55,093 bases of DNA, from the NCBI GenBank assembly GCA_039714095.1, contig JBDLJZ010000001.1:1-55093 (forward strand), read 5' to 3'. The notes beneath the pieces are model-generated. The model was not told the origin of the DNA and did no database searches. It was given only the letters and a program-made list of their open reading frames with translations. Within the stretch, counting starts at the first letter, position 1. Each line of letters opens with the position of its first letter. A program made the position numbers and the translations under genes. The stretch comes from Nanobdellota archaeon (GTDB taxonomy: Archaea; Nanobdellota; Nanobdellia; Pacearchaeales; GW2011-AR1). This document shows positions 47,522 to 55,093 of the stretch, in pieces.

Positions 47522-48706
47522 ATGAAAAATATTCCAGAATTAAACATTGGTGTTGTAGGACATATTGACCACGGAAAAACAACTTTGCTTAGTCGTCTTA
47601 CAGGGAAATTTACAGATACTCATTCTGAAGAATTAAAACGAGGAATTACAATTAAATTAGGTTATGCAGATATTGTTATACACAAAGAAGGAAATAAATT
47701 CAATACTTCAAAGGGAGAAATTCAAAGGTATATTAGTTTTATTGACGCACCAGGACATGAAATGCTTATGGCAACAATGCTTTCTGGAGCAGCAATTATA
47801 GATGCTGCAATTTTAGTTATCGCTGCAAACGAAGGAATAAAACCACAAACAAAAGAACATTTTATGGCACTCCAATCAAAAAAAATAAAAAACATAATCA
47901 TTGTCCAAAACAAAATAGATTTAGTATCAAAAGAACAAGCAATTCAAAATCATAAAATAATCAAGGAGTTTGTAAAAGGAACAATCGCAGAAAACTCACC
48001 AATAATTCCAATTTCTGCACAACAAGGAGTGAACATAGACAAACTTTTAGAAGAACTTTGTAAAATTGAAATTCCAAAAAGAGAAATAGATACCGAACCA
48101 ATATTTTTAGTTGCAAGGAGTTTTGATATCAATAAACCAGGAACAAAAATAAATAATCTTAATGGAGGAGTTCTCGGAGGAATATTAAAAAAAGGAAAAT
48201 TAAAAGTTGAAGATGAAATAGAAATTAAACCTGGAATAAGCACAAAAAAAGCAGGACAACAAAATTATAAAACAATAACAACTAAAATTCTTTCACTTTA
48301 TAAGGGAAATAAAAAAGTAGATGAAATACTTCCAGGAGCAAGCATATCTATTGAAACAACACTTGACCCATTTATAACAAAAACAGATTCCCTAACAGGT
48401 TGCCTTGTCTCTACTCTTGGAACACTTCCAGAAATAGTTTATAAAATAAAATTAAAATACGAATTATTTAAAGAATTAATTGGAGCTTCAGAAATACAAA
48501 AAATTGAACAAATAAAACCAAAAGAAATGTTAATGTTAAGTGTTGACACAACAATTACTGTTGGAACTGTAGAAAAAATAACTGACAAAGAAATTGAACT
48601 CTCATTAAATATCCCTGTAGTGGCGCTTGAAAAAAGCAACACAGGAATCGCACGAAATATTGGTGGACATTGGAGACTTATAGGATTTGGAGAAGTTATT
48701 GAATAG
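47522..48706 (+). CDS. eif2g: translation initiation factor aIF2 gamma subunit
   Basis: NIGVVGHIDHGKTTL, ELKRGITIKLGYA, DAPGHE, QNKIDL. Domains II/III follow. Confidence 0.95.
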   Translation: MKNIPELNIGVVGHIDHGKTTLLSRLTGKFTDTHSEELKRGITIKLGYADIVIHKEGNKFNTSKGEIQRYISFIDAPGHEMLMATMLSGAAIIDAAILVIAANEGIKPQTKEHFMALQSKKIKNIIIVQNKIDLVSKEQAIQNHKIIKEFVKGTIAENSPIIPISAQQGVNIDKLLEELCKIEIPKREIDTEPIFLVARSFDINKPGTKINNLNGGVLGGILKKGKLKVEDEIEIKPGISTKKAGQQNYKTITTKILSLYKGNKKVDEILPGASISIETTLDPFITKTDSLTGCLVSTLGTLPEIVYKIKLKYELFKELIGASEIQKIEQIKPKEMLMLSVDTTITVGTVEKITDKEIELSLNIPVVALEKSNTGIARNIGGHWRLIGFGEVIE

Positions 48707-48734
48707 AGATAAAAATAAATTTATCAATCTAATA

Positions 48735-49262
48735 TTATTTATGATAAGCTAATCGCACAGCTTCTGTACAAGTTTCTTCTAGTGTAGAAAATAATTTTTT
48801 ATCTGGTGTATCAATTTGCAAATCAAATTCAATTGTGCGAATTTCAGAAAATTTGCCATCACTTCCAACACAAAAATGAATAGAATTATTATGTTTATAA
48901 TTTGTCATCCATTGGCCTATTTCAATTCTTGTCATTGCTCCGTAAACCTTTTCGCAATTATGCTTCTCTTCTCCAGGTAACCAAAATAAAATTGCTCCTG
49001 TTTTGGATGCAATATCTAAGTAGTGTCTTTCCCACGCTCTCTGTCTTGGAAAGTAATTTACATCACCTTTTATAATATACTGAGAAATTTTATCCCTAAT
49101 TCCTCTTCTTGGAGAAACAACAACTAAATTAGAATTTTGCGAAAATAAATAATTTATGGCTTTGTCTTGCCAGTTTGGAGCATTCTTTATAGGACCAGCT
49201 AAAAAAATTAATGGTTCTGCTATATTTTGAATATAATCTTTTGGAATAATCACCTTTCCCAT
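48735..49262 (-). CDS. nucleoside 2-deoxyribosyltransferase-like (Rcl/DNPH1-like fold) protein, putative
   Basis: IFLAGPIKNAPNWQDKAINYL and MTRIEIGQW resemble the YLAGP...E signature of the family. Assignment is tentative. Confidence 0.35.
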   Translation of the reverse strand: MGKVIIPKDYIQNIAEPLIFLAGPIKNAPNWQDKAINYLFSQNSNLVVVSPRRGIRDKISQYIIKGDVNYFPRQRAWERHYLDIASKTGAILFWLPGEEKHNCEKVYGAMTRIEIGQWMTNYKHNNSIHFCVGSDGKFSEIRTIEFDLQIDTPDKKLFSTLEETCTEAVRLAYHK

Positions 49263-49370
49263 AATAAATTAATTTTTGAAGAATATATAAATATTTGTTT
49301 CCTATTATTTTTTCACAACAAACTTTATAACTCTTCTTTTTCTAAAATTTCAATGGTGATGATTAACTTT

Positions 49371-49460
49371 ATGCTATATCCGTTGGATTGCACAAAAAGA
49401 AGTTGTCCTTCAATGAAGAGTGGAAGGTTACACGAAGGAAATCAGAAGGTATCCTCCTCT
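49371..49460 (+). promoter_or_regulatory. unclassified structured RNA leader, copy B (first of tandem pair)
   Basis: Helix GCUAUAUC(49373-49380)/GAAGUUGU(49399-49406) has 6 of 8 pairs. It encloses the 18-nt loop CGUUGGAUUGCACAAAAA. Stem CCUUC(49407-11)/GAAGG(49423-27). GAAGG box plus UAUCCUCC at the 3' end. Confidence 0.6.
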
Positions 49461-49546
49461 ATGCGACGTCAATCGGATTGCACAAAAAGATGTTGCCCTT
49501 CCATGCTTAGAGGAAGGAGCACGAGGAAAACAGAGGGTTTCCTCGT
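49461..49546 (+). promoter_or_regulatory. unclassified structured RNA leader, copy C (directly upstream of the Cas4-like nuclease ATG)
   Basis: Helix GCGACGUC(49463-49470)/GAUGUUGC(49489-49496) encloses the loop AAUCGGAUUGCACAAAAA. Stem CCUUCC(49497-502)/GGAAGG(49512-517). GAGGG-UUU-CCUC hairpin ends 2 nt before the ATG at 49547. Confidence 0.65.
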
Positions 49547-50470
49547 ATGGTGATGATTTATTCGCATTCTCGTTTAAGTACCTTTGAACAATGTCCTTTC
49601 AAATTTAAATTAAGATATATTGATAATGTTAAGCCTGAAATAGAAACAAGCATTGAAGCACATCTTGGAAGTGTAGTTCATAATACATTAGAATGGCTTT
49701 ACATTGAAGTACAAAAAAGAAATCTTCCAATAATAGAAGAAGTAATAAAATATTATTCTGAAAACTGGGAACAAATTTACAAACCAGGAACGATTATAGT
49801 TCGTAAAAATTTAACAACTAAAGATTATTTCAATAAGGGAGTTAAATTTCTTCTTGATTATTATATGAAACATCAACCATTTCAAGATGGAACTTTAGAG
49901 CTTGAAAAAAAAATCCTTCTTGATTTAGACGGAACCGGCAAATATAAAATTCAGGGATTTATTGATAGATTAATTTTCAATAAAGAAACAAATGAATACG
50001 AAGTTCATGATTATAAAACAGCAAATTCTTTGCCAACAGAAGAAAAAGTAGCTACTGATAGACAACTTGCTTTGTACTCAATTGCAATAAAAGAAATATA
50101 TGGACAGCATTATAATGTTTTATTGACTTGGCATTATCTTGCACATAACATAAAAATCTGCTCACGACGAACAACAAATCAATTAGAACAATTAAAAAAA
50201 GATATAATAAATTTAATTGATAAAATAGAAGTAACAACAGAATTTCCTGCACAAAAATCTGTTCTTTGTGGTTGGTGTGAATTTAAATCAATGTGTCCGC
50301 GATTTGGAGGAGTTGTTGGAGAACGACAACACACGTTGGTGTATACTGACTCACTTCGTTCCCAGCACGAGAACCTGCAAGCAGGCCCCGATAAATTTTC
50401 AAAGAAAATTTCTACTGAGGGCAAAGGAATTAGTGAATATCCAATTTTGGGAAAGTATATTAGATATTAA
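49547..50470 (+). CDS. Cas4/RecB-like PD-(D/E)xK nuclease with Fe-S cysteines and an unusual C-terminal extension
   Basis: YSHSRLSTFEQCPFKFKLRYI N-terminus. GFIDRL...YEVHDYKT (D...ExK variant D-x-K). C-terminal CGWCEFKSMC. About 50 extra residues follow, encoded by a locally GC-rich segment. Confidence 0.8.
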   Translation: MVMIYSHSRLSTFEQCPFKFKLRYIDNVKPEIETSIEAHLGSVVHNTLEWLYIEVQKRNLPIIEEVIKYYSENWEQIYKPGTIIVRKNLTTKDYFNKGVKFLLDYYMKHQPFQDGTLELEKKILLDLDGTGKYKIQGFIDRLIFNKETNEYEVHDYKTANSLPTEEKVATDRQLALYSIAIKEIYGQHYNVLLTWHYLAHNIKICSRRTTNQLEQLKKDIINLIDKIEVTTEFPAQKSVLCGWCEFKSMCPRFGGVVGERQHTLVYTDSLRSQHENLQAGPDKFSKKISTEGKGISEYPILGKYIRY

Positions 50471-50530
50471 TTAAAATGTTTTTATTCTTCAAATAGTTAA
50501 ATATTTAAATTTAAAACAAATATAATTTGT

Positions 50531-50713
50531 ATGGAATTAACAACCTTGCCAAAAAATATTGTAGAATTAAAACAAATAATATTAGAAACAATTAATGAAG
50601 TTAGTGAAAGATTTATCCCCTTTATTTCCCAAGACGAACAAGAAGAAATAGAAAAAATTCATGGGAAAAATTTAGAAGAAGAATATAATAAAGAAGATTA
50701 TATGAAAATATAA
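50531..50713 (+). CDS. putative antitoxin of a type II TA pair
   Basis: 60-aa acidic ORF ending 1 nt before the RelE/ParE-like gene. Confidence 0.45.
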   Translation: MELTTLPKNIVELKQIILETINEVSERFIPFISQDEQEEIEKIHGKNLEEEYNKEDYMKI

Positions 50714-50714
50714 A

Positions 50715-50969
50715 ATGTATGAAATTGAAATAAAAAAGAAAATTATTAAATTCATAAATAATCTTTCTAATTCTCAAATAATTTGGTCAAAAATTAAGAT
50801 ATTGAAACTTTTCAAGAGCGATAAAAAATTAAATTTAGATATGGAAAAAATGAGAGGAAAATATAAAAATTTATATCGTATAAGAATTGGAGAAATAAGA
50901 TTAATTTTTGAAGTTTTATCAGAAAAAATTATAATTAAATCCGCAGATTATAGAGGGAAAGTATATTAG
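50715..50969 (+). CDS. RelE/ParE-family toxin
   Basis: KNLYRIRIGEIRLIFEV...IIIKSADYRGKVY matches the RelE/ParE C-terminal pattern (yRiRvGdyRiif...i.hR...Y). Confidence 0.7.
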   Translation: MYEIEIKKKIIKFINNLSNSQIIWSKIKILKLFKSDKKLNLDMEKMRGKYKNLYRIRIGEIRLIFEVLSEKIIIKSADYRGKVY

Positions 50970-51775
50970 ATATTAACAAAACTACACTTTTTACAAATCT
51001 TCCCTCTTGAAGGTTCACCACAAATTTTACAATAATTAATTTCAAGGTTTTTTCTTTTTATTTTATGAGAAATTTTTTCAAAGTTTTTCATAATATTTAT
51101 TTTATCTTTTCCAGGAAGTTTTTCTAAAAAATTCCTAACTTGGATTCTATAAGAATCAATTGCACACGGACATTTTTCATAATGTACAGGAAGTTTAATT
51201 TTCTTAGAATATTTTCTTATATCATCTTCCAAAATATAAAACAAAGGTTTTATTCTTGTCACAAATTTTTTATTTTTAATATTTTTTGTTATAGGGCCTG
51301 AAGTCGCACTTAATTCTAAACTCCCCTTAAACACATTAATTAAAATTGTCTGCGCCTCGTCATCTAAATTATGTCCTGTAGCAATTTTATCAAACCTAAG
51401 TTTGCGTGCTTCCTTATTTAAAATCCATTTCTTAATAACTCCACAAATCGCACAATTTTTTATCGTCCCTCTGTGCTTTGACTGAATTGCCGAACGTAAA
51501 TAACACATAGAGCTACCCATTTCTTTTTTCACATCATAAATATAAAGGTTTATTTCTAAGTCCCCACAAAGTTTTTCAACAGCCCTTAAACAATCCTTAC
51601 TATATTTTCCCATCTTTAAATCAATATGAACACCAGAGATATTATAACCAAATTTCTTCAATAAATACGCAGTCACAGTTGAATCCTTGCCTCCAGAAAG
51701 TGCAACTAAAATTTTATCTTTCTTAGACAATTTAATTTTCTTTAAAGTATTTTTAACTTGAATTTCTAGTTTCAT
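50966..51775 (-). CDS. PP-loop ATPase, TtcA/Ncs6-like tRNA thiolation enzyme
   Basis: ILVALSGGKDSTV PP-loop. CAICG motif. C-terminal zinc ribbon CKICGEPSRGKICKKC. Confidence 0.75.
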   Translation of the reverse strand: MKLEIQVKNTLKKIKLSKKDKILVALSGGKDSTVTAYLLKKFGYNISGVHIDLKMGKYSKDCLRAVEKLCGDLEINLYIYDVKKEMGSSMCYLRSAIQSKHRGTIKNCAICGVIKKWILNKEARKLRFDKIATGHNLDDEAQTILINVFKGSLELSATSGPITKNIKNKKFVTRIKPLFYILEDDIRKYSKKIKLPVHYEKCPCAIDSYRIQVRNFLEKLPGKDKINIMKNFEKISHKIKRKNLEINYCKICGEPSRGKICKKCSFVNI

Positions 51776-51799
51776 AAAAATATTAAAGAGAAAATTGTT

Positions 51800-52606
51800 T
51801 TAAAGATTATCTAATGGTGATTTAATGTTTTGTAGTTCTTTGTTTGATACTTGTGTGTATATTTGAGTTGTAGATAAATCACTATGTCCAAGAAGTTTTT
51901 GTATATGTCTTATATCTGTTCCAGATTCTAAAAGATGTGTTGCAAAAGAGTGCCGAAGCATATGGGGAGTTAATTTAATTCCAACTTTTTCCCCTAATTT
52001 GTCTAAAACTTTTTGAATAGATTTTTTTGTGTATTTTCCATTTCTGCCTTCAAAAATATACTCAGTTGAAAAATTATAATTACTATAATATTTTAATAAA
52101 TCTAATTTTAAATTTTCAGAAATTATAGTTATTCTATCTTTTTTACCTTTACCTTTTTTTACATAAATTGTATTTCTCTCAAAATCAATATCTTTTCTTT
52201 TCAAATCAACTAATTCTTGAAGTCGAAGACCAGAAGAATAAAGAATTTTAACAATAACTTTATGTTTAATGTTTTCGCAAGATTCAATTATTTCTTTTAT
52301 TTTCCCTTTTGAAATTATTTTTGGAAGAGATTTTTCTTTCTTTTTTATTGGAACTTCTTCAAAATTAAATGGTTGATGTAAAATTTCTCTAAAGAAAAAA
52401 CTAAGAGATGCATACTGAAGTCTCATTGAGTTAATAGATAAGTTTAGTGTTAACAAATAACACTTAACAGAATCTTTTGATGGATTAAGTCTACTTTTCT
52501 CTAAAAAAGACAAATATCTAGAAACATTATAAGTATAGGATTTAATTGTTTGCTTAGAATATCCCTTTAAAATACAATAATTTGTTAATTCTTTAATATA
52601 ATCCAT
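51800..52606 (-). CDS. xerA: XerA-like tyrosine recombinase
   Basis: SGLRLQELVDLKRKDIDF...VKKGKGKKDR, TPHMLRHSFATHLLESGTDIRHIQKLLGHSDLSTTQIYTQV. Close to archaeal XerA over the catalytic region. It lacks the extra segment typical of integron integrases. Confidence 0.85.
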   Translation of the reverse strand: MDYIKELTNYCILKGYSKQTIKSYTYNVSRYLSFLEKSRLNPSKDSVKCYLLTLNLSINSMRLQYASLSFFFREILHQPFNFEEVPIKKKEKSLPKIISKGKIKEIIESCENIKHKVIVKILYSSGLRLQELVDLKRKDIDFERNTIYVKKGKGKKDRITIISENLKLDLLKYYSNYNFSTEYIFEGRNGKYTKKSIQKVLDKLGEKVGIKLTPHMLRHSFATHLLESGTDIRHIQKLLGHSDLSTTQIYTQVSNKELQNIKSPLDNL

Positions 52607-52707
52607 ATTAGAACTTTTAAATTAAAATATATTTAAATCTATGTTAAAACTTTTCAGTTTAATATTAAATCTACTTTTCAAGTAGACTTAATACATGTTA
52701 TATGACA

Positions 52708-52813
52708 TATTTTGGTGGCAATTTGAATTTTAAAATGAAAAAACTTTTATTTCCCTTTATTTTATTAAATTTTGCTTCACTATCGTTACGCAAAATGGGG
52801 GCGAAAAAATTTT
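52708..52813. repeat. upstream arm of a long inverted repeat flanking the aldehyde dehydrogenase gene
   Basis: Three perfect 17-nt blocks: tattttggtggcaattt (52708-24), aaaaacttttatttccc (52739-55), gggggcgaaaaaatttt (52797-813). Each recurs as its reverse complement downstream of the gene. Confidence 0.85.
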
Positions 52814-52838
52814 AAATACTAATGTAATTACTATTACT

Positions 52839-54215
52839 ATGGCAAAATTAATCTCAACAAATCCCGCAAAAAACTACGAAGTAGTCGGCGAAATAGAAAT
52901 CTCAACAGACAAAGATATTTCTGAAAAAGTATATCGCGCTAGTCAGACAAAAACCATTTGGAAAGAAATGGGGATAAAAAAAAGAATTGAACTACTAAAA
53001 CCCATATATCAAGACTTTCAAGATAACGCTGACGAAATTGCCATGTTAGCAACAAAAGAGACTGGTAGAGCAATTACGGAAAGTAGGGCAATTGTTAGTG
53101 GTCATATAAATAAAATCAAATGGTTTTTAGATAATGCAGAATCAGCACTTTCTGATGAAATAACGCATGAAGATGATGGATCAATTCATAAAATTATGTA
53201 TGAACCTATTGGTACAGCAGCGATAATAACTCCTTGGAATCATCCGTTCGGAATGTTTGTTTGGGGAGTAATTCCCAATCTTCTCGCTGGGAACACAGTC
53301 GTTTTTAAAATTTCAGAAGAGTGTCCGCTGGTTGGAAAGTTAATTGAAGACATTATGCTTTCCCACAGTCTTCCTGAAGGAGTTTTTTCCGAGGTTTACG
53401 GAGATGGAGAAGTTGGCTGGAAGTTAGCACAAGAAAATATTGACTTGATCTGGTTTACTGGAAGCACCAAAGTCGGACAACAATTATTCAAATTGGCAGG
53501 AGAAAAATTTATCAAGGCAATTTTAGAACTAGGTGGTTCCAATCCATGTATTGTTTTCGAGGATGTAGATATTGAAAAAATTGTTGATAAAATTTACGCT
53601 AAAAGATTTAAGCTTTGTGGGCAAACATGCGACGCCCTAAAAAGATTAATAGTTCATGAATCAATCGCTGGTAAATTAATTGAGGCTTTGAAGCAAAAAA
53701 TTGAATCGCAGAAAGTTGGTAATTCTGAGAACCCAAAAACTGACGTGGGAAGTTTAGTTGCTAAAAGACAACTTGATTTATTGGAAAGTCAGATGAAAGA
53801 CGCGCTTGATAAAGGAGCTAAAATTATTACTGGAGGAAGTTCGCCTAAAGATGTGGACGGTGCTTTCTACTTACCTACCTTGCTTACAAATATAAACAAA
53901 GAAATGCAAGTTTGGAACGAGGAAGTTTTTGGTCCAGTATTGCCAGTAATTACTTTTAAAACAGAAGCAGAAGCCTTATCGCTTGCCAATGATACAATTT
54001 ATGGGCTAGGTTCAATTATTTTTACCAAAGATATTGAACGAGCCAAGAAAATTGCTTCAAAATTAAATTCTGGAACAGTTGAGATTAATAGTGCGATTCA
54101 CTGGGTATCCTGCAATCCATTCGGAGGTTATAAAAAATCAGGAATGGGTAGAGAGCATGGCGTTATTGGATTTAGAGAACTTTGCCAAATCAAAGTTGTT
54201 TCAATGGAAAAATAA
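52839..54215 (+). CDS. NAD(P)-dependent aldehyde dehydrogenase
   Basis: ITPWNHP, FTGSTKVG, ELGGSNP, catalytic Cys in CGQTCDA, EEVFGPV, GGYKKSGMGRE. Confidence 0.95.
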   Translation: MAKLISTNPAKNYEVVGEIEISTDKDISEKVYRASQTKTIWKEMGIKKRIELLKPIYQDFQDNADEIAMLATKETGRAITESRAIVSGHINKIKWFLDNAESALSDEITHEDDGSIHKIMYEPIGTAAIITPWNHPFGMFVWGVIPNLLAGNTVVFKISEECPLVGKLIEDIMLSHSLPEGVFSEVYGDGEVGWKLAQENIDLIWFTGSTKVGQQLFKLAGEKFIKAILELGGSNPCIVFEDVDIEKIVDKIYAKRFKLCGQTCDALKRLIVHESIAGKLIEALKQKIESQKVGNSENPKTDVGSLVAKRQLDLLESQMKDALDKGAKIITGGSSPKDVDGAFYLPTLLTNINKEMQVWNEEVFGPVLPVITFKTEAEALSLANDTIYGLGSIIFTKDIERAKKIASKLNSGTVEINSAIHWVSCNPFGGYKKSGMGREHGVIGFRELCQIKVVSMEK

Positions 54216-54218
54216 GGA

Positions 54219-54242
54219 GTCGCTATCGCGACAAAATTTTTT
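54219..54242 (+). terminator. hairpin plus T-run directly after the ALDH stop
   Basis: GUCGC-UAUC-GCGAC at 54219-54232, followed by AAAAUUUUUU. Confidence 0.4.
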
Positions 54243-54321
54243 CGCCCCCTAATAATGTGTTCGCTATCGCTCACGGGAAATAAAAGTTTTTAGACAATAA
54301 TGAGAAATTGCCACCAAAATA
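54233..54321. repeat. downstream arm of the inverted repeat flanking the aldehyde dehydrogenase gene
   Basis: Reverse complements of the three 17-nt blocks lie at 54233-49, 54275-91 and 54305-21, in mirror order. Confidence 0.85.
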
Positions 54322-54377
54322 CGCTAAAGCCACGCTGCGCTCTCACTTCACTTCGTTCCGTTCGGGTCATATAACAA

Positions 54378-54772
54378 GGGATAAAAGGAAAATTGCTCGG
54401 CTCGCAATTTTCCCAAATTTTCTTCGCTACGCTACGAAAACTTCTTTTATCCCTGATGTTAGTTTCAATTTTTGAGAATGCCTACAAGTTAGAGTAAAGA
54501 CAAAGAAATAGGAAATAATATTTTTTCTCCCACCCAATAGGGGAGACGCGCGCAGTTTTCGAATTCTCGAAAACTAGATAGCAAAAACTTCGTTTTTGGA
54601 TTTATATGGGGATTTCCTTAGTCCTTCGGACAGATAGTCTCGGCTTCGCCTCGCAGAAAACTTCTTTTATTCGACCAACAAAAACCACAAAGAAATTAAA
54701 ATTTCTTCTAACAAAGGATAAAGGGCTTCGCCCAAATTTTTCCGATTTTATATTTGGTAGGCTGTCGGAAAA
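54378..54772. repeat. cluster of degenerate, hairpin-forming repeat units in a locally GC-richer noncoding stretch
   Basis: GGGAUAAAA(54378-86)/UUUUAUCCC(54445-53) closes a unit containing a 10-bp hairpin GGAAAAUUGC/GCAAUUUUCC. Related units occur near 54597-54672 and 54714-54810. Further hairpins lie at 54526-46, 54554-75, 54582-98, 54621-31, 54642-50, 54723-33 and 54738-72. Confidence 0.75.
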
Positions 54773-54824
54773 CGATTTGAAAACAAAAAGCTTTTTATAC
54801 TATCTCTTGATTATATATGTTAAG

Positions 54825-55093
54825 ATGAAAACAAAAATAATCTTGCCAATTTTTTTCTTAATGATTTTATCCTTATCTATTTTTGTTTCTGCTGAAAATT
54901 CATCAATTTGTTCTGACAGTGATGGGGGGTTAAATTATGATGTAAAAGGTGAAGCTAATAAAGAAGGTTTCGGAAGCACAGAAGATTTTTGTGTAAATGA
55001 TATTAAATTATCTGAAGCTCTTTGTAATAACGATGGCAATCCTGCAAATGCTCAATATGATTGTCCAAATGGTTGTTCTAATGGAGCCTGTAT
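54825..55093 (+). CDS. secreted Cys-rich protein, 5' part only (runs off the window)
   Basis: Hand translation gives MKTKIILPIFFLMILSLSIFVSAENSSICSDSDGGLNYDVKGEANKEGFGSTEDFCVNDIKLSEALCNNDGNPANAQYDCPNGCSNGAC. It has a signal peptide and regularly spaced Cys. The frame is open to the window end. Confidence 0.6.
   Translation, partial: MKTKIILPIFFLMILSLSIFVSAENSSICSDSDGGLNYDVKGEANKEGFGSTEDFCVNDIKLSEALCNNDGNPANAQYDCPNGCSNGAC

Noticed and set aside
49227-49553. 108-aa ORF in the track spanning the intergenic region upstream of the Cas4-like nuclease
   Set aside because: Its second half is just a read-through of the two tandem RNA-motif copies. The homologous copy before rps10 is frameshifted by 1 nt and stops after 19 codons, yet it keeps the helices. 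The first half is low-complexity AT-rich sequence. I treat it as noncoding leader and have flagged the small-peptide alternative in the findings.
51800-54321. Integron-like reading: recombinase on one strand followed by a cassette with a palindromic attC-like site
   Set aside because: The recombinase aligns with XerA-type enzymes and lacks the extra segment characteristic of integron integrases. I found no RYYYAAC/GTTRRRY core pair. The repeats flank the gene as mirror images rather than forming a self-contained imperfect palindrome downstream of it.

Overview
AT-rich archaeal chromosome segment. Archaeal markers are a thermosome, aIF2-gamma, ribosomal proteins uS10 and eS6, SerRS, and two tRNA genes with long bulge-helix-bulge introns. 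The compact gene set and many secreted or membrane proteins fit a DPANN-type lineage, though that placement is inference. I see three blocks. (1) About 1.2-14.65 kb is a genomic island next to the 3' end of tRNA-Asp(GUC). It is bounded by a 12-bp direct repeat of the tRNA 3' end and carries a tyrosine integrase. Its cargo is a co-directional cluster (long SF1 helicase, DUF2779-type dual nuclease, Mrr, small nuclease-fold protein), a type II m5C restriction-modification pair, a RadC-JAB plus P-loop ATPase pair and small DNA-binding proteins. A Fic gene bracketed by composite inverted repeats lies just outside. (2) 14.8-48.7 kb is mostly housekeeping and envelope genes. It includes serS, rps10, a multidomain ThyA-Tmk fusion next to a kinase-dCMP deaminase fusion, cyclophilin, Trx-like plus CcdA, a Dph2 N-terminal remnant, TatD, tRNA-Tyr, rps6e, a membrane spermidine-synthase-like protein and a 2192-aa repeat-rich surface protein. 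(3) 48.7-55.1 kb holds a Cas4-like nuclease, a RelE/ParE pair, a PP-loop ATPase, a XerA-like recombinase, an aldehyde dehydrogenase flanked by about 100-bp inverted repeats, and a hairpin-rich noncoding stretch of about 500 bp. The most unusual signal is an unclassified structured RNA leader of about 86-90 nt. It occurs three times (once before rps10, twice in tandem before the Cas4-like nuclease), and compensatory base changes preserve an 8-bp helix. No rRNA genes or CRISPR arrays were seen.
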